A DNA stretch of 64,000 bases from Chiloscyllium plagiosum (taxonomy: Eukaryota), in the NCBI RefSeq assembly GCF_004010195.1, contig NC_057720.1, positions 32,412,378 through 32,476,377 on the forward strand, written 5' to 3'. Of the stretch, positions 38,480 through 53,232 are shown one piece after another. The notes below the pieces were generated by a model. That model was not told where the DNA came from. It was given only the letters and a program-made list of their open reading frames with translations, and made no database searches. Every line of letters starts with the position of its first letter. The first letter of the stretch is position 1. The translations under genes were made by a program, and so were the position numbers.

Positions 38480-41370
38480 ATAAGGAAAAGGAACAGGAAT
38501 AGGCCATTCACTCCCTGACCCTGAACCAGCATTCCTCATGTCCACTTTTCTGCTTTTTCCCCATAACCATTGACTGTCAACTAAAATTTATCCTATGACT
38601 CCACCCCCACAGCTCTCGTGTGAAAAAGAGTTCCAGAGACACTCAATCCTCTGAGAGAAGCTGTTCCTCTTCATTTCAGTGTTAAATTGGTGCCCCTTTA
38701 TTCTGAGACTATATCCTCTGGTCCTAGGCGCTCCTATGAGGGAAACATCCTCTCAGCATTTACCTTGTCAAATCCCTTAAGAATTTTTTTTATATTCATT
38801 CGTGGGGCATGAGCATTGCTGGCTGGCCACCATTCATTGTCCGTCCCTAGTTGCCATTTGAAGTAGTAGTGAGCTGCCATCTTGAGCCACTGCAGGTTGA
38901 CCCACAGTGCCATTAGGGATGAAATGCCATAAGTTTGACCCAGCAACAGTGAAGGCAGAATGATATGTTTCCAACTCAGGATGGTGAGAGACTTGGAGGT
39001 GAACTTGAACGTTGAACATTGTGGTGTTCCTATGTATCTGCTTCCCTTGTCCTTCTAGATGGAAGTGGTAATGTGTTTAGAAGGAGCTGTCGAAGAATCA
39101 TTGGTGAATTTCTGCAGTGCATCTTATACAGTATAAGAGTACACACTGCTGCTACTAAGCATTGGTGGTGGAGGGATTGGATGTTTGTGGATGTGATGCC
39201 AGTCAATTGCGTTGCCTTGTCCTGGATGTTGTCAGGCTTCTTGAGTGGTTTTGGAGCTGCACTCATCCAGGCAAGTGTTGCTTATTTTATCGCGCTCCTG
39301 ACTTGTGTCTTGTAGATGGTGGACAGGCCTTTGAGAATTATGTGGCAGAACCATTTGATTTTCTGGTCAATTGTAACCCCATGAATGTTGATAGTGGGGG
39401 ATATGGTGATGTTAACATCATTGAATGTCAAGGAATGGTGGTTAGATAGCCCCTTATTGGAGATGGTCATTACCTGGCATTTGTGTGGTGTACATGTTAC
39501 TTCTCTCTTGTCAGCTCAAGTCTGAATATTGTCCAGATCTTGTTGCTGCTTTAGTATTTGAGGAGTCGCAAATGGTGCTGAACATTGTGCAGTCATCAGC
39601 AAGCAGCCCCACCTCTGACCTTGTGATGGAGGAGAGGTCATTGATGAAGCAGCTGAAGATGATTGGGCCTGGAACACTACCCTGAGGAACTCCTGCAGGG
39701 ATGCCCTGGAGCTGAGATGAATGGCCTTCACCAGTCATAACCATCTTCCTATGTGCCAGGTATGACTCCAACCACTGGAAAGTTTGCCGCTGATACCCAT
39801 TGATTCCAGTTTTGCTCGTGCTCTTTGATGTCACACTCTGTCAAATGCAGCCTTGATGTCAAGATCTGTCACTCTCACCTCACCACTGGAATTCAACTAT
39901 TTTATCCATGTTTGAACAAGGCTGTAATGAGGTGAGGAGCTGACTGGTCCTGGCAGAACCCAAACTGGACATCAGTGAGCAGGTTATTACTGAGCAGGTG
40001 CTGCAGGACATCACTGTTGATCACACCTTCATCACTTTACTGATGATCAAGAGTAGACTGATGGGGTGATAATTAGCTAGGTTGGATTTGATTTGCTTTG
40101 TCGTGTCCTGGACATATTTGGGTAATTTCCAACTTTGTTGAGTAGGTGTAAGTGTTTCAACTGTACTGGAAGAGATTGGCCAGGGGATTGGCACTTTCTG
40201 AAGCACACATCTTCAGTACTATTGCAGGAATGTTGTCAGGGCTCCGTAGCCTTTGTAGTGTCCAGTGCCTCCAGCCATTCCTTGCTGTCACACGGAGTGA
40301 ATTGTACTGGCTGAAGATTGGTATCTGTAATGTTGGGGACCACTGGAGGAGGCTGAGATGGATCGTCCAGTTGGCACTTCGCTGAAGAGTGCTATGAATG
40401 CTTCAGCCTACTCTTTTGTACTGATGTGTTGGGTGTTTTCTTCAATGAGGATGGGGATATTTGTGGAGCCTCTTCACCAGTGAGTTGTTTAATAACCACC
40501 ATTCGGATTGCAGAGCTTAGATCTGATCCTTTGGTTTTGAGATCACTCAGCTGTTTGTCTCACTTATTGCTTATATTGTTTGGCATCCTATATTTTTCAA
40601 TGAGATGACCTCTCATTCTTCTAAACTCCCAGTGACTAGTGTCCTAATCTCCTTAGCCTTTGCTCATAAGACAACCCTCCATATCAGGGATCATCTGTGT
40701 GAACTGCCTGCAATGAAATGATATCTTGCCCTAAATAAGGGGACCAAAACTGCTCACAGTGCTCCAGATGTGGTCTTGCCAGCATCTTGAACTGTTGTAG
40801 TGAGATTTCACTATGGTTATACTCTCACCTTCTTGAAATAAGAGTCAACATTCCATTAATCTTCCTGATTACCTGTTGCTCCTGTGTGCTAGCTTTCTGT
40901 GCTTAATTCACAAGTACTCCAAGTCCCTTTGTATTGCAGCTTTCTGCAGTTTTTCTCAATTTAAGTAACATTCTGAGCTTTTGCTCTCCCTTCCAAAATT
41001 AACAACTTCATACTTTTACCACATTATACTCCATGTGCTAAATTTTTGCCCATTTACTTAACCTATCAATATCTCTCTGTAAACTGTTGAATCCTTCTCA
41101 CAAGTGCCTTTCCACTTGTTTTGGTGTCATCTGCAAATTTAGCTATTGTACATTCACTTCTTTCCTCCAGGTCATTAACATATATTGTAAATAGTTGTGT
41201 TCCAGCACTAATCACTGTGGAACCCCATTGGTCACAGGCCACCAAAATTACAAAGAACTCCTTATCCCCACTTGCTATTTCCTGCCCATTAGTCAATTAT
41301 GTATGCATGTTAATATACTACCTCAACACCAGCTCTCTTATGTCCTTACACAAAACAATCTTATAATAAG
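38480..41370 (-). mobile_element. CR1 LINE (about 38480-38785 and 40590-41370) interrupted by a second CR1/L2-type LINE (about 38790-40590)
   Basis: Host ORF 41066..41296 (FTIYVNDLEE...AKFADDTK). Insert ORFs 39511..39834 (GVPQGSVPGPIIFSCFINDL...LADDC) and 40021..40206 (NYHPISLL). Confidence 0.82.
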
Positions 41371-41735
41371 AGCATAGGCGGTTGAGGGGTGACCTTATCG
41401 AGGTTTTTAAAATTATAGGGGTCATATATAAAGTGAATAGCAAGGGTCTTTTCCCTCGAGAGGGGTAGTTCAAAACTAGGGCCCATATTTTCAAGGTGAG
41501 AGGAAAATGTTTCAAAAAGGTCATGAGGGGCAACCTTTTGGTTCATACGTGGAATGAACCGTCAGAGTAAGTGGTGGATGCAAGTACAGTTACAATGTTT
41601 AAAAGAATTTGAACAGGAAAGACTTGGAGGGATATAGGCCAAATGCAGGCAAGTGGGATTAGTTTAGTTTGGGAACATGGTCAGCGTGAACTGGTTGGGC
41701 CGAGTGGTCTGTTTCCATGCTATATGATTATGACA
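41370..41735 (+). mobile_element. CR1/HER1-like LINE 3' end
   Basis: ggttgaggggtgaccttatcgaggtttttaaaattat through to the 3' UTR tail. Confidence 0.85.
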
Positions 41736-42034
41736 TATACCTTGAGCCCTATGGCATTAGCACTAAAAGGGAAGGAAAACAACTATCAATAGCCTCAAAA
41801 TTACATCTTATTTATTCAGCAACATTGAAGTACAAGACTTCATGCCATAAAATTACGACTCAACTATCCAGCCATGGGGAGTGATTGCTATTGAACCTTA
41901 ATATCCCTCTCTGACCTGCTATCAAGGACATGGAATATTGATCATGAGTGGGAATCTTGTACTATATTTTCTCCCTACCTTGGGAGTACATCAGCTGTAA
42001 TGAGCCAAGTCAGTGTCGATCTGGAATTAAAGTT

Positions 42035-43375
42035 AGGATTTAGGAGCAGGAGTTGGCCATCTGACCCTTTAAGCCTGCTTCGCCATTCAATAATATCATG
42101 GCTGATTTTTTTGTGGCCTCAGTTCCACTTACCCGCCCTCTCACCATAACCTTTAATTCCTTTACTGTTCAAAAAATTATCGATGTTAGCTTTAAAAACA
42201 TTTACTGAGGAAGCCTAAACCACTTAATTGGGCAGGGAATTCCACAGATTCACAACCCTCTGGGTGACGAAGTTCCTTGCCAATTTAGTCCTAAATCTGC
42301 TCCCTCTAACTGTGAGGCTATGCCCGCTTGTCCTAGTTTCACCAACCAGTGGAAACATCCTCTCTACTTCTATCTTATCTATTCCCTTCATAATTTTATG
42401 TGTTTCGATAAGATCCCCCCTCATTCTTCTGAATTCCAATGAATATAATCCCAGTCTACTCAGTCTGTCCTCATAAGCCAAGCCCCTCAACTCTGGAATC
42501 AACCTAGTGAACCTCCTCTGCAACCTCTGTAGTGCCAATACATCCTTTCTCAAGGAGACCAAAACTGCATGCAGTATTCCAGGTGTAGCCTCACTATCAC
42601 CTTACACAACTGCAACATAACATCTCTGCTTTTAAACTCAATCCCTTTAGCAATGAAGGACAAAATTCCATTTGCTGCCTTAATTCCCTGTTGCACCTGC
42701 AGACCAACCTTCTGTGATTCACGCACAAGGACATGCTGGTCCCTATGCACAGCCGTGTGCTGTAATTTCTTACCATTCAAGTAATAGTCCTTTTTATTGT
42801 TATTCCGACCGAAAGGGATGACTTCACATTTATTAATATTGTACTCCATCTGCCAGACCTTTGCCCACTCACTTATACTATCAATGTCCCTTTGCAAAGT
42901 CCTCTGCACACTTTGCTCTGCCACTCATCTTAGTGTCATCCACAAACTTTGACACACTCCACGTGGTCCCCAACTCCAAATCATCTATGTAAATTGTGAA
43001 TAATTGCGGTCCCAACACTGATCCCTGAAACACACTACTAGTCACTGATTGCTAACCAGAATAGCACTCATTTATCCCCACTCTTTGTTTCTTGTTGGTT
43101 AACCAATCCTCCATCCGTGCTAATTCATTGACTGCAACATCTTGCATCTTTATTTTGTGCAGCAGCCTTTTATGTGGCAACTTGTCAAATGCCTTTTGGA
43201 AACCTAAATACGCCACATTGTCCACCATGTTCATATGTCTTCATAGAATTCCAAAAGATCAGTTAAGCATGACCTGCCCTTCATGAACCCATATTATGTC
43301 TGCCCAACGGGAAAACGCCTATCTAGATGCCTTGCTATTTTTACCTTAATAGAATCAAGCATTTTCCCCACTGGT
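42035..43375 (-). mobile_element. CR1 LINE RT fragment
   Basis: ORFs 43052..43234 (FQKAFDKLPHKRLL), 42550..42924 and 42224..42562 (RRMRGDLIETHK...VVNLWNSLP). Confidence 0.92.
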
Positions 43376-44689
43376 CTATAATTCCTCGTCTTCTATGAAT
43401 TGGATGCTCTTGTATATTAGGTCTAAAACAAAGCTACTTTTTGAAGTTTACTGTTACCCTCCTTCATGGAACGGTTTAAAATTTTACATTTTATATACTT
43501 ATGTTGGCATACATCCTGTTTACCTAGCTTTTCAAACAATGCGGTCACTAGACATTGTATAAAGCACTCAAATAAAATAATGGCATGTATATTTCAAAAA
43601 TGAAGGTGAGCCTTAAAGTGGTGGGCACTTTGAAAGGACGGAAGAATTTTTATTTATGTTTTTTGGTCCTTAATACAGAATTTGACAAACGATAAATAGA
43701 TAATACAGCTTTCCACAATGTGAGGGAATTGGGCAGAGACATGCTCAGACTGTCATGGTTCTGTGCTCTACCAAAATTGTTTGTTACTTACGAGGCAGGG
43801 GAGCATATACTACTAGTAATTAGTGGGAGTCGTTTTGGTATTTAACTTATTTGGTGGTCCACAGTTCAGAAGTCAATCCGTGTGATCCCATCCCAGAAAT
43901 TGGCACTTAAAAGGCTGTCTTCCACTGAGCCTTACTGCCAAAATAAACTGTTCATCAGCTGTTGTTGCAGTAAAGAGCTGATCAGACTGCCTGGAACTAA
44001 GACAAAATAAATAAAGTTAGCATTTCTTCGTGTAGATGATTTTGTTTATAATTTAGTGAATTATTTACTGAAAACCAGCACTAGATTCTATAACTTTAAC
44101 TCAGTATCAGCTGCCAAAAGCAAAATTAAGTATTGTAGAAATTAATTTTATAAGCATGTGTTGATTAGGTAGAAAACTCAGATGGCATTGGGATCTTCAA
44201 GTGCCATTTTATGATTTGTGTTATTTTACCACCAGCGCCAACCCTAAAATGTTATAGATTACTGCTGGCATAAAAAATAACGAGTTAATGTCACGAGTCC
44301 ACAATGACTCCTCTTCTGCAGAACACAAAGGAGAAGAGTCATACTGGACTCGACATTAACTCTGTTTCTCTGTTCACAGGTGCTCCCAGACCAGTTGAGT
44401 TTTTCAAGTACTTTCTGTTTTTATGTGCTGATTACTTGAGGTGCTGCACGGTTGTAGCAAGACTCATTCTTATATTTCAGTTCCCTTGCAATAATGACCA
44501 ACATGTCATTTCTCTTCCTCATGCTCACTATACCTGCCTGCTAACTATTTGTGTTTATTCTGTGAGTACACCCAAGTTCTTCTGATTGTCAATATTTTTC
44601 AACCTTTTAGAAAAGCAATATATTTTTAAATCTTACCACCCAAAGTACATATATATTCCACTTATACTTTATATGCTTAAAAAGGGCAG

Positions 44690-45045
44690 GCGGTGTTGTC
44701 GTGATAATGTCATTGGGCAAATAATCCAGCAGCCTATGTTAATGCTGTTGGGACAGTGATTTGCATTCCACAATTGCAGCTGGTGGAGCTTAAATTTAGT
44801 TAATACATCTGGAATTGAAAGTTAGTCTCAGTAATGGTGACCATGCAACCATTGTTAGTTGTAATAAAAATCCATCTGGTTTCTAATGTCCTTCAAAGAA
44901 GGAAATTTGATGTTCCTACCTCCAGACCCACCGCGTTGTGGTTGTCTTTAGCTGCCCTCTGAAATGTCCAAGCAAGCCACTCAACTCAACAAATCATTGG
45001 GCAACAGGTTCTTGGCTTGCCAATAATGTCAACATCATATGAAAA
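44690..45045 (+). mobile_element. Degenerate SINE with LINE-derived tail
   Basis: gttagtctcagtaatggtgaccatg, aaggaaatttg and ctgccctctgaaat; the tail is similar to 7290-7470. Confidence 0.55.
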
Positions 45046-46529
45046 ATGTTTTTCAAAATGCCACCTTATTGCCCACTCATATAACACAGCTGAATAAGGA
45101 CAGGAATAGGCCATTCAGCCTGTCAAGCCTATCCCACCATTCAGTGCAATCACAGCTGATGGAAAACTTCAATGCCTTTTACTCACCCCATCCTATAACC
45201 CTGTACACCGTTGGTAATCATAATCTGTCAGTCTTGGCCTTAACGATAACTCAAAGACTGAGCCTCCACAGTTGTCTGTATAGACAATTCCAAAGGTTCA
45301 CACTCTCTCAGTAAAATAATTTTTACCCATCTTGGACCTAATTAGGATTTCCCTTATTTTAAATTGTCTTCCCAGTTTTCGATTCTCCCACCAGTGGAAA
45401 ATCTTGCTTGCATTTACCCTGTCTATCCCTTCAAAAATGTTGTAGTTTTCAATGAAATATCACCTAATTTCTCGAAACTCTTAAGAATACAACTCCAATT
45501 TACATAATCTCTCTCTTCATAGGACAGTCATGCCATGCTGGGGACTAGTTTGGTGAACCTTTGTTGCATTCCCTGCATGGCAATGTTAGCTTTCCTCAGA
45601 TGAGGAGACTGAAACTACACACCCTACAATCTAACCAAACTCTTCTACAATCGAAGCAAGATTAAGCTTTTAAATAATTGAAGTACCCTGTCCTTACCTT
45701 TTCTGTGTCTTCACAACTTGTATTCCAATATAGCTTTGTATCATCAGTAAATATTGATTTATTGTCCTCAGCCATTTCATCATTAATGAAGATCACATCT
45801 GCATTGATCCTTATGACGTTGCACTAGTCACAGACTGACAACGTGGAAATGCACCATTTTTCCTCAGTCTTTGCTTCCTGCCTGTTAATATATTGCTTAT
45901 GCTTGCTAATATATTACCCCCACTTTCATGTGATTTTTTTCTAATTAATTCACAGGCCCTCTGTCCCTTGATTAAACCAGCAATATTTGCCTATTCCAGT
46001 TCTAAAGAATTGTCATACTCGACTCGAAATGTTAACTCTAATTCTCTCTCCACAGATGCTGTTTTTTCAGCATTCCCTTTTTTTCCCAGATATCCAGCCT
46101 CCATAGTATTTTTCCTTTATTGTCCATTCCTAATTCCTTACCTTGTGCATGGCATCTTATCAGATGGTTTTGAAAGTTCAAATATATTCCATTGGCTAGA
46201 TTACCTTTTATCTATTCCATTAGTTACATTCCCCAAAAAAATTCTAAATTTGTCAAATGTGATTTTGCTTTTTGTAAAATGAGGTTCACGTTATGTGATC
46301 ACACTTTTTTAAAAATACATTGTTAAGATTCCCAGCACTTCCCCAATGATTGGTGTCAGACTAACTGGGCTGCACTTTTCTCTCTTTTTAAATAGCACTA
46401 TCACTTTTGATAGCTTCCAATCCACTTGAATCCACTCTACAATCTAGAGAATTTTGGAAAATTGTAACCAAACAGGTGCTTGGGTCTACCAAGTTGTTAG
46501 AGCAGAGCCTGAATATTACTGAAACCTGA

Positions 46530-46805
46530 AATATGCTGTTGGAACTTTTTGCCTTGCACTCACCGGGACAGGTGTAAGAATGCCAAATTTGAATGGAAGC
46601 TATTTATACTGCAGGAGAAAACATTGCTGATTGGTTAAAACATTGCCAGAGAGAGGCAATTGCCCCACCAATCAGTGCAGATTTGTCAAACCAAAAAAAT
46701 GCCTTTTCCTCATGCAGTATAAATTGTTGCTCCATCAAAATTTAGCATTTTTATGTCTATCCCGATAAGCAGAAAATGAAAAAGTTAAATGGCATACTTT
46801 CTTTG
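46530..46805. mobile_element. Fold-back pLTR pair (family D)
   Basis: aagaatgccaaattt...atttatactgcagga...gctgattgg is inverted relative to ccaatcagt...tgcagtataaatt...aaatttagcatt. Confidence 0.65.
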
Positions 46806-47253
46806 TAATAAAAATCATAATTAGACCATTCACCATCTGTGCAGCTACCTCTTTCAGAATCCTAAGATGTTGGCCATTTTGACCTAAGGAATTGAGAAAT
46901 TTAAGCCCTTAATTTTCTCCATTACTATTTTCTCTGATAATAATTACTTTACTTTAAGTTCCTCCCTTTTATTAGCCCTTTAAGTTACTCTCCCTTTCAG
47001 GAATGTAATTTGTGTCTTCCACGATGAAGATAGACATAAAGGTCAGAATTTCTTTGCTTTATGTGAGGGCAGGCATCTTTTAAGAGGCTGCCAGATCAAA
47101 TGCCAGTCACACACATGAAGTCGCACCCAGCCTGTCTCAAATTGCCAACTAATCAGAGGCAAGGTACTTCTCAGAGCTGCAAGTTGTTACAGGCCAAGGC
47201 TTTACAGCCTTAAAAATAGAGATGGGGAATTATGGTGTGGGGTGGCATTGACT

Positions 47254-47286
47254 ATCATCATCATCATCATCATCCCCCCTCCCCCA
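47254..47286. repeat. (ATC)n microsatellite followed by a C-run
   Basis: atcatcatcatcatcatcatc-ccccctcccccc. Confidence 0.9.
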
Positions 47287-48149
47287 CAACCACGGTCTGT
47301 GCTCCCAATTACCCTCAAGTTGAGGCAAATGGAGGCTGTTGAAAAGTAGCCACTGTTTTCACCTGCTGGAAAGGCAAGACATTGGGACAAAGGTGAGCCA
47401 CAGTTGTTATGACCCTGTGGAGCAGATGGGACTTGAACCCAAGCATTCTGGCTCAGAGCTAGGGACACTAAACTGTACTGCAAAAGACCCTGACTCTCCT
47501 ATTTATGTATTTGTGAAATGTCTTGCAATCTGCTTTGATATTCAGACCTGAATGTTGTTGATGTCTGCATTGAGTTGCACTGTTCAATGCACTCCATGCC
47601 TCTTGATGTCGCCTGAAATGAAATTAAATGTCTGTGATGGTGGAACTTCAAGAGGAAACTGAGAAGATTCATTCAGTGGTACTTTGACTCAATGTATACA
47701 AAAATCTCAGCCTTGCATTTTGCACATCATTGAGAATGAAAATGTTCATGGAACCTCCTCCTCCATTGTTTAGTTGTCCACACTATTTATGACTACATGT
47801 GCATTTTTGACCTGAATATTGGGTGTAGCATCAATCACCTCCAGATTTCTGTTCAGCTGTATGGTGTGCATGTAGTCTTGCATTGCATTTCACCAGGTTG
47901 GCATCTGATTTTCTTGCATGTCTGGTGTTGTCCCCCAGATGCTCTTCTGCATTTCTCACTTTCTTTTCATATCTGTAATCTCCTCCAATCTGACAATCCT
48001 CCGAGAACTTTGCACTCCCCAACTCTGGTTTCTTCTGCATCTCTCAATTTCTTCTCTCAGCTACATCCCAAAGTCTGGAATTCCGTTAATAAATCTTGTC
48101 ATATCTTATCTTTTTCCCTCTTTGAGAGACTTGTTTAAAGGTATTAATA

Positions 48150-51100
48150 CAAACATACAAACAAAGAACAAGAGTAAGCCACTAGCTGTCTGAGCCATTC
48201 ACTAAGATCGTGGCTGATCTGTGTTTCATTTCATCTGTACATTCCTGCATAGGCCTCATAATCTTTCATCCCACTGGTAGTCAAGAATCTATCCACCTCT
48301 GCTTTAAAAATATTAAAGATTCTTCATCCACTGCCTTTTAAGGAAGGAAATTTCAAATGCTGTCAACCCTGAAGAGAAAAGTTCTTCATTTCTGTCTTAA
48401 ATGGGCAAACCCTTATTTTTAAACTATGACTCCTAGTTCTAGATTCTCTTACAAGAGGAAATGCCTTTTCATGTCTATCCAGTCAAATCCCCTCAGGATC
48501 TAAATGCATTAATTAAATAACCTCTTCTAAACTCCAAAGGATACAAGGCTAGCTTATCTCTCCTTTCCCCATAAGGTGATCTACTGATTTCAGATATTAA
48601 TCTAGTAAACCTTCTCTGATCTTCTTCCAACTCATTAATATCCTTCAGTAAGTACAACAACCAGTACAGTTCACAGTCCTCCAGATGCTGTAAAGCTGAA
48701 GCCTAACCTCCCTAGTCCTGCATTCAATTCTCCTCACAATAGAACATAACATTTTTATAAAAATCAAAAGAACTGCAGATGCTGTAAACCAGAAACAAAA
48801 ACAGAAGTTGCCGGAAAGCTCAGCATATCTGGCAGCATCTGTGAAGAGAAATCAAAGTTAACATTTTGGGTCCGGATGACCCTTGCTCAGAATATTTTTA
48901 TAGTTTTCTTGATTACTTGGTCTACCTGCACTCAGGTACCTCTGCGATCATGGGAGAAAGTCAGAACTGCAGATGCTAGAGAACAGAATCAGGTGTGTGG
49001 TGCTGGAAAAGCACAGCAGGTAGGCAGCATCAAAGGAGCAGGAGAATCAACATTTCAGGCATAAGCCCTTCATCGGGAATGATGCTGATTCCTGATTCTG
49101 CCTCATTCCTGATGAAGGGCTTTTGTGTCTGACCTGCTGTGCTTTCCCGCACTACACTCTCGACCTTTGCGATGATGCACTAGGATACTCAGATCTCTCT
49201 GCATCTCACAACTCTGCCACACCTCACCATTTAGGTAATGCTTGCTATTTATTTTTTCATAAATGTTATAATACTTCTTTATTCTTTCTGCCAAAATGAT
49301 TAACTTCACATTTCCCAATGTATTACTCCATTTGCCCACTCACTTTTCTATATACCTTTATAGACTCCTTATGTCATCTTCATAACTCACATTTCTACCT
49401 ATATTTGTGTCATTAGCAAATTTAGCTACTATGCCTTCGGTCTGTTCATCAAATCACATAATTGTAAAGAGTTGAGGTAGCAGCACTAACCCCTGTATGA
49501 GACACCATTTGTGAGATCCTGCTGTCTGAAAAAGACCCATCTATTGTCAGCTTTCTATTAGCCAGCCAGTCTTCTATTATCCATATCAGTATGTTAGCCT
49601 TGTTGTCTGTGCTTTGGACGCTTCATCCAGTTTGTGTGTTAAAAACACTTATACATAAGCACTCTTGATGGTTAACGGACAAAGGGTCACAGAATTTGGT
49701 TTGCATTCAGCTCGGTTTTATGAACAAAATGTTCCTTTTTAAGAACATGCAGTGAGTGTTTCCCAAATTTCCTATCTGTCTGAGAAAGAATATTACATAC
49801 AATGATCCACATGTTTGAGCTGGGCTGTTGGAAGCTCTTTCTTTTCCAACATAGGGCTTCACTTTTCCACAAAGGTTTGTCTCTCAGGTCTGGGCAGATC
49901 TTCTCTTGGGTCACTGCATGGTCTTCCACCAAAAGTTTGTTGGAAGTCTTTGCTGTGAATCTTTGCTGAAGCGTTGGTTTCCAGGTATCTGTTTTTACTC
50001 CTCCCTGTCCCCAGACCTTCCTGAATGTTCTGTTGCCTTTGGCTAATGAGGTCATGAGCTAAATTCAAAGTATCCAATGGGGTTGCACCAACACCCTTCA
50101 CTGTTGCCATGCCGGGAGGTGTAAAGTCTATGTTCTCGGCCACTGGCTTGAAGTCTGATCAAAGCTTCTCCAATACCAACCCTCGGCTGATTGTAATTGG
50201 TTCCCCTGAAACTTTGTGAAATGTTTTACCTTGGTTTCCAAACTTCTTTGCAGCCAATAGCTGCTGGTTTCCTGTTTAATTTTGCTGAGCCAATTATCTG
50301 TTGGGCCAAATTTCTCCAGTTGTGGGTCAGTTTAGAATGTCCAGTTAGGGCCTGTGGTCACTTCATCACGCCATCGGTACAATGAGCTTGTAATTTCTGT
50401 GATAACTTTTGATGTGGTACATTATCAAATGCCTTCTGGGAATCGAGGTAGAGTATATCCATTGGTTCCCCATTATCCACAGTGCAAGTTCCTTCTTTAA
50501 AATAAATTAGATAAACATGATATCCCTTTGACAAAACCTTGCTGGTTCTACCTAATTGTCTTGAACTTATCCAAGTGTCCTGTTATCATGTCTTTAATAA
50601 TTACTTCTAACATTTTCCCTTTGACAGATGTTAAGCTAACTACCCTGTAGTTTCCTGGTTCCTGCCTCTCTTTCTGAATAAAGGAGTTACAGTAGCTATT
50701 TTCCAATCTAAAGGAATCAAACCCCAAATCAAATGAGTGTTGGAAAATTAAAACCAATGTATCAACTATCTCACAGAATGCTTATTTTAAAACCATTGGA
50801 TGAAATCCATCAGGATTGGGAGACTCGCAGTTCCAACAATCTACTCGGTATTACTTTCCTAGTATTTGTCATTTTTGTTAATGTTCTTTTTCCCTTTCAA
50901 TTTCTGATGTGCAGCCATTTCCAGGATTTTACTTGTATCCTCACTAGTGAAGATTGATGCAAAATATTTATTAAATTTGTCTGCCACCTCTTCATCCTTC
51001 ACTACTAGTTCCCCAGAGTTATTTTCAATAGGACTTGGTAAATCTTTGCTGTTTTTTTGTATTCTGTCAAATCTTCTGACCTGCATCTATCTTTGCACAA

Positions 51101-51250
51101 TTATTTGTCTTTTCTTTAAATTTGATGCTGTCTTTGACTTTTTTAGTTAACCACAATAGTGTGTCTATCTCTTAGAAATGCCCTTACTTGTTGGAATGTA
51201 TCTATTCTGTATTTGCTGGAATATCTCCTCAAATATTTGCCAGAATCATC
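48150..51250 (-). mobile_element. Long degraded CR1 LINE hosting pLTR inserts (about 48760-48890 and 48952-49165) and an LTR-like insert
   Basis: ORFs 50548..50757 (PGNYRVVSLTSVKGKMLE) and 50859..51086 (EEVADKFNKYFASIFT); CR1 3' motifs at 48150-48750. Confidence 0.85.
49601..50381. mobile_element. Candidate solo LTR (781 bp)
   Basis: Non-CR1 block inside a CR1, starting TGTTG and ending TACA. No TSD found. Confidence 0.45.
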
Positions 51251-53128
51251 CAATTGTTCTTTGATACAATGTCAATTTCTTTCTGTCATGCCTTTGATGC
51301 ACCATGTGACTTAGAGGTGCTATATGAATGAAAATTGTTGAGTGAGTTTGCAATCCTATGCCAAATTGTGGGTAATTTTAAGTTCACAAATACCAGTTAC
51401 AGAATTCCAGTGTCAGGTAAGTGACCCTTTTATCAGAATTGTTGCAATCAAGGTTGATGCATAGAAGCAAAGGATGTTTTAAAAATGCATTACACTAACA
51501 AGAACTGAGAGACTCCCTTTGAACATATTAAAGATGCACCCATCTGTGTTTCATAGTACAGGCTAGGGATTGAAATAATTACTTTTTAATCCAAGGTTTT
51601 TAAGGCATCATTAAACTGTATATATGCTTCATCTGCATTTTATTCAGTGTGACAAATATGAAAGTTTATAAATTACTCACAATGAACTAATGATGCATGG
51701 AACTGTTTTATAGCGAAACTTTTATGTTGAATAATTCAACATGGGCAAAATAAAAGCAAACAAAAATGCTGGAAATACCCAGCAGATCAAGCAACGTGTG
51801 TAAAGAAAGGAAGCATATGAACCTTTGAGTCCTAATTCTTGAATTCTGTCAAAGTGTTAAAAAGTGTGAAATCTAAGTTCACATAAAATATTTTGTATAT
51901 ATATGTCATGCTCGTGTCTGAAGGAAAAATAGATTTATGTTTGGATTGAACATTGCATAAGTATGAAATCTAAAATGAAGTACAGAGAGGTGTGGGGATA
52001 GGGTTAAGTTATAGTAGATGGGGAAGTTTGATTGTTAATTTTGAGCATATGTTTCCCTTTTTTTAGAAAAGCATTTGTTTCCCAAACCTAATTACTCAAT
52101 TAGCAGTGATCCGCCACCTTGAACTACTGTTGCCCATCATGCATAGGTACATCTGAAGTATTTTAGGAAGGAGGTTCCAGGTTTTGTATTTAGTGGCATT
52201 GAAGAATCAGTGACATCATTCCAAGTTAGGATTATGTGTGATATGCAAGGAAACGTAAAGGTGATAGTGTTTCCTTGTCCTTTGAATTGGTAGTGATCAT
52301 GGATTAAGACGATGCAGTTGGAAGAATCTGGGTGAGCTAGTGCTGTCTAGGGGCTTTGGAGAACATATGCATTGTGTCTTGCAGATGGGACATACTGCTG
52401 CTACGAGGAGACTGAATGCTCAAGATCAAAATGAGTTACTTTGTCCTGAATGGTGTCAAGCTTCTTGACTGTTGTTGGAGTTGCACTCATTCAGCCAAGT
52501 GGAGATTATTCTAGCACACTCCTGAATTATGCCTTTGGCCCACAACAACCACAACCGTCTTCTTTTGATCTCAGTGAGACTCCAACCAGTGGAACTTTTA
52601 CCCACGCTTCCTTTCGATTTCAGTTTTGTGAGGGCCGCTTGATGCCACACTCTGTCGAGATCAGTTACCTCACAAGTCTATCCTTGACTTGAGCTCTGCC
52701 ACCCATGTTTAGACCATGGCTGTAATGTCATCTGGAGTTGTGTGACCCTGGCAGAAACTCAAAATCTGCATTGTAAACAAGCTGTTGCTTTTGATGACAT
52801 GTTCTATTACTGTATCGATGATCCCAAGTTGACCATTGGATGGTAATTGAAATTGCTGCCTTTAGTTTGTAGACCAAACGTGCCTGGGCAATTTTCCATA
52901 TTGTTGGATAAATGTCTGTGTTGTGGCTGCACTGGAACAGCTCCGCTAAGGGTATGACTGGTTCTGGAGTACAAGTCTTCAGTATTACCGCTAGGATATT
53001 GTCAGAGCCTGTAGTCTTTGATGGCTTCTGCTCAGCATTTCTTCAGATATTTTTGAGAGGAGTTATGATTGTATGTAAACACGCCATCAAAATAAGGTGA
53101 TTTTTTAAAATATTCTTTCATTTTGCAG

Positions 53129-53232
53129 GTGCTGCATACAGGGTAGTGTCATTTGCACCGGAGCAGTTATTGAAAAAGGGGCTGATGTCAAGGATTGTCT
53201 GGTCGGAAGTACACTGTGTGTGGAAGCTAAAT
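53129..53232 (+). CDS. EIF2B3: eIF2B gamma subunit, penultimate coding exon (104 bp; probably exon 11)
   Basis: Acceptor ttctttcattttgcAG, donor GTaagc at 53233. The first G completes Gly from the previous exon, then [34 protein letters not shown], compared with recalled human [34 protein letters not shown]. Confidence 0.96.
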
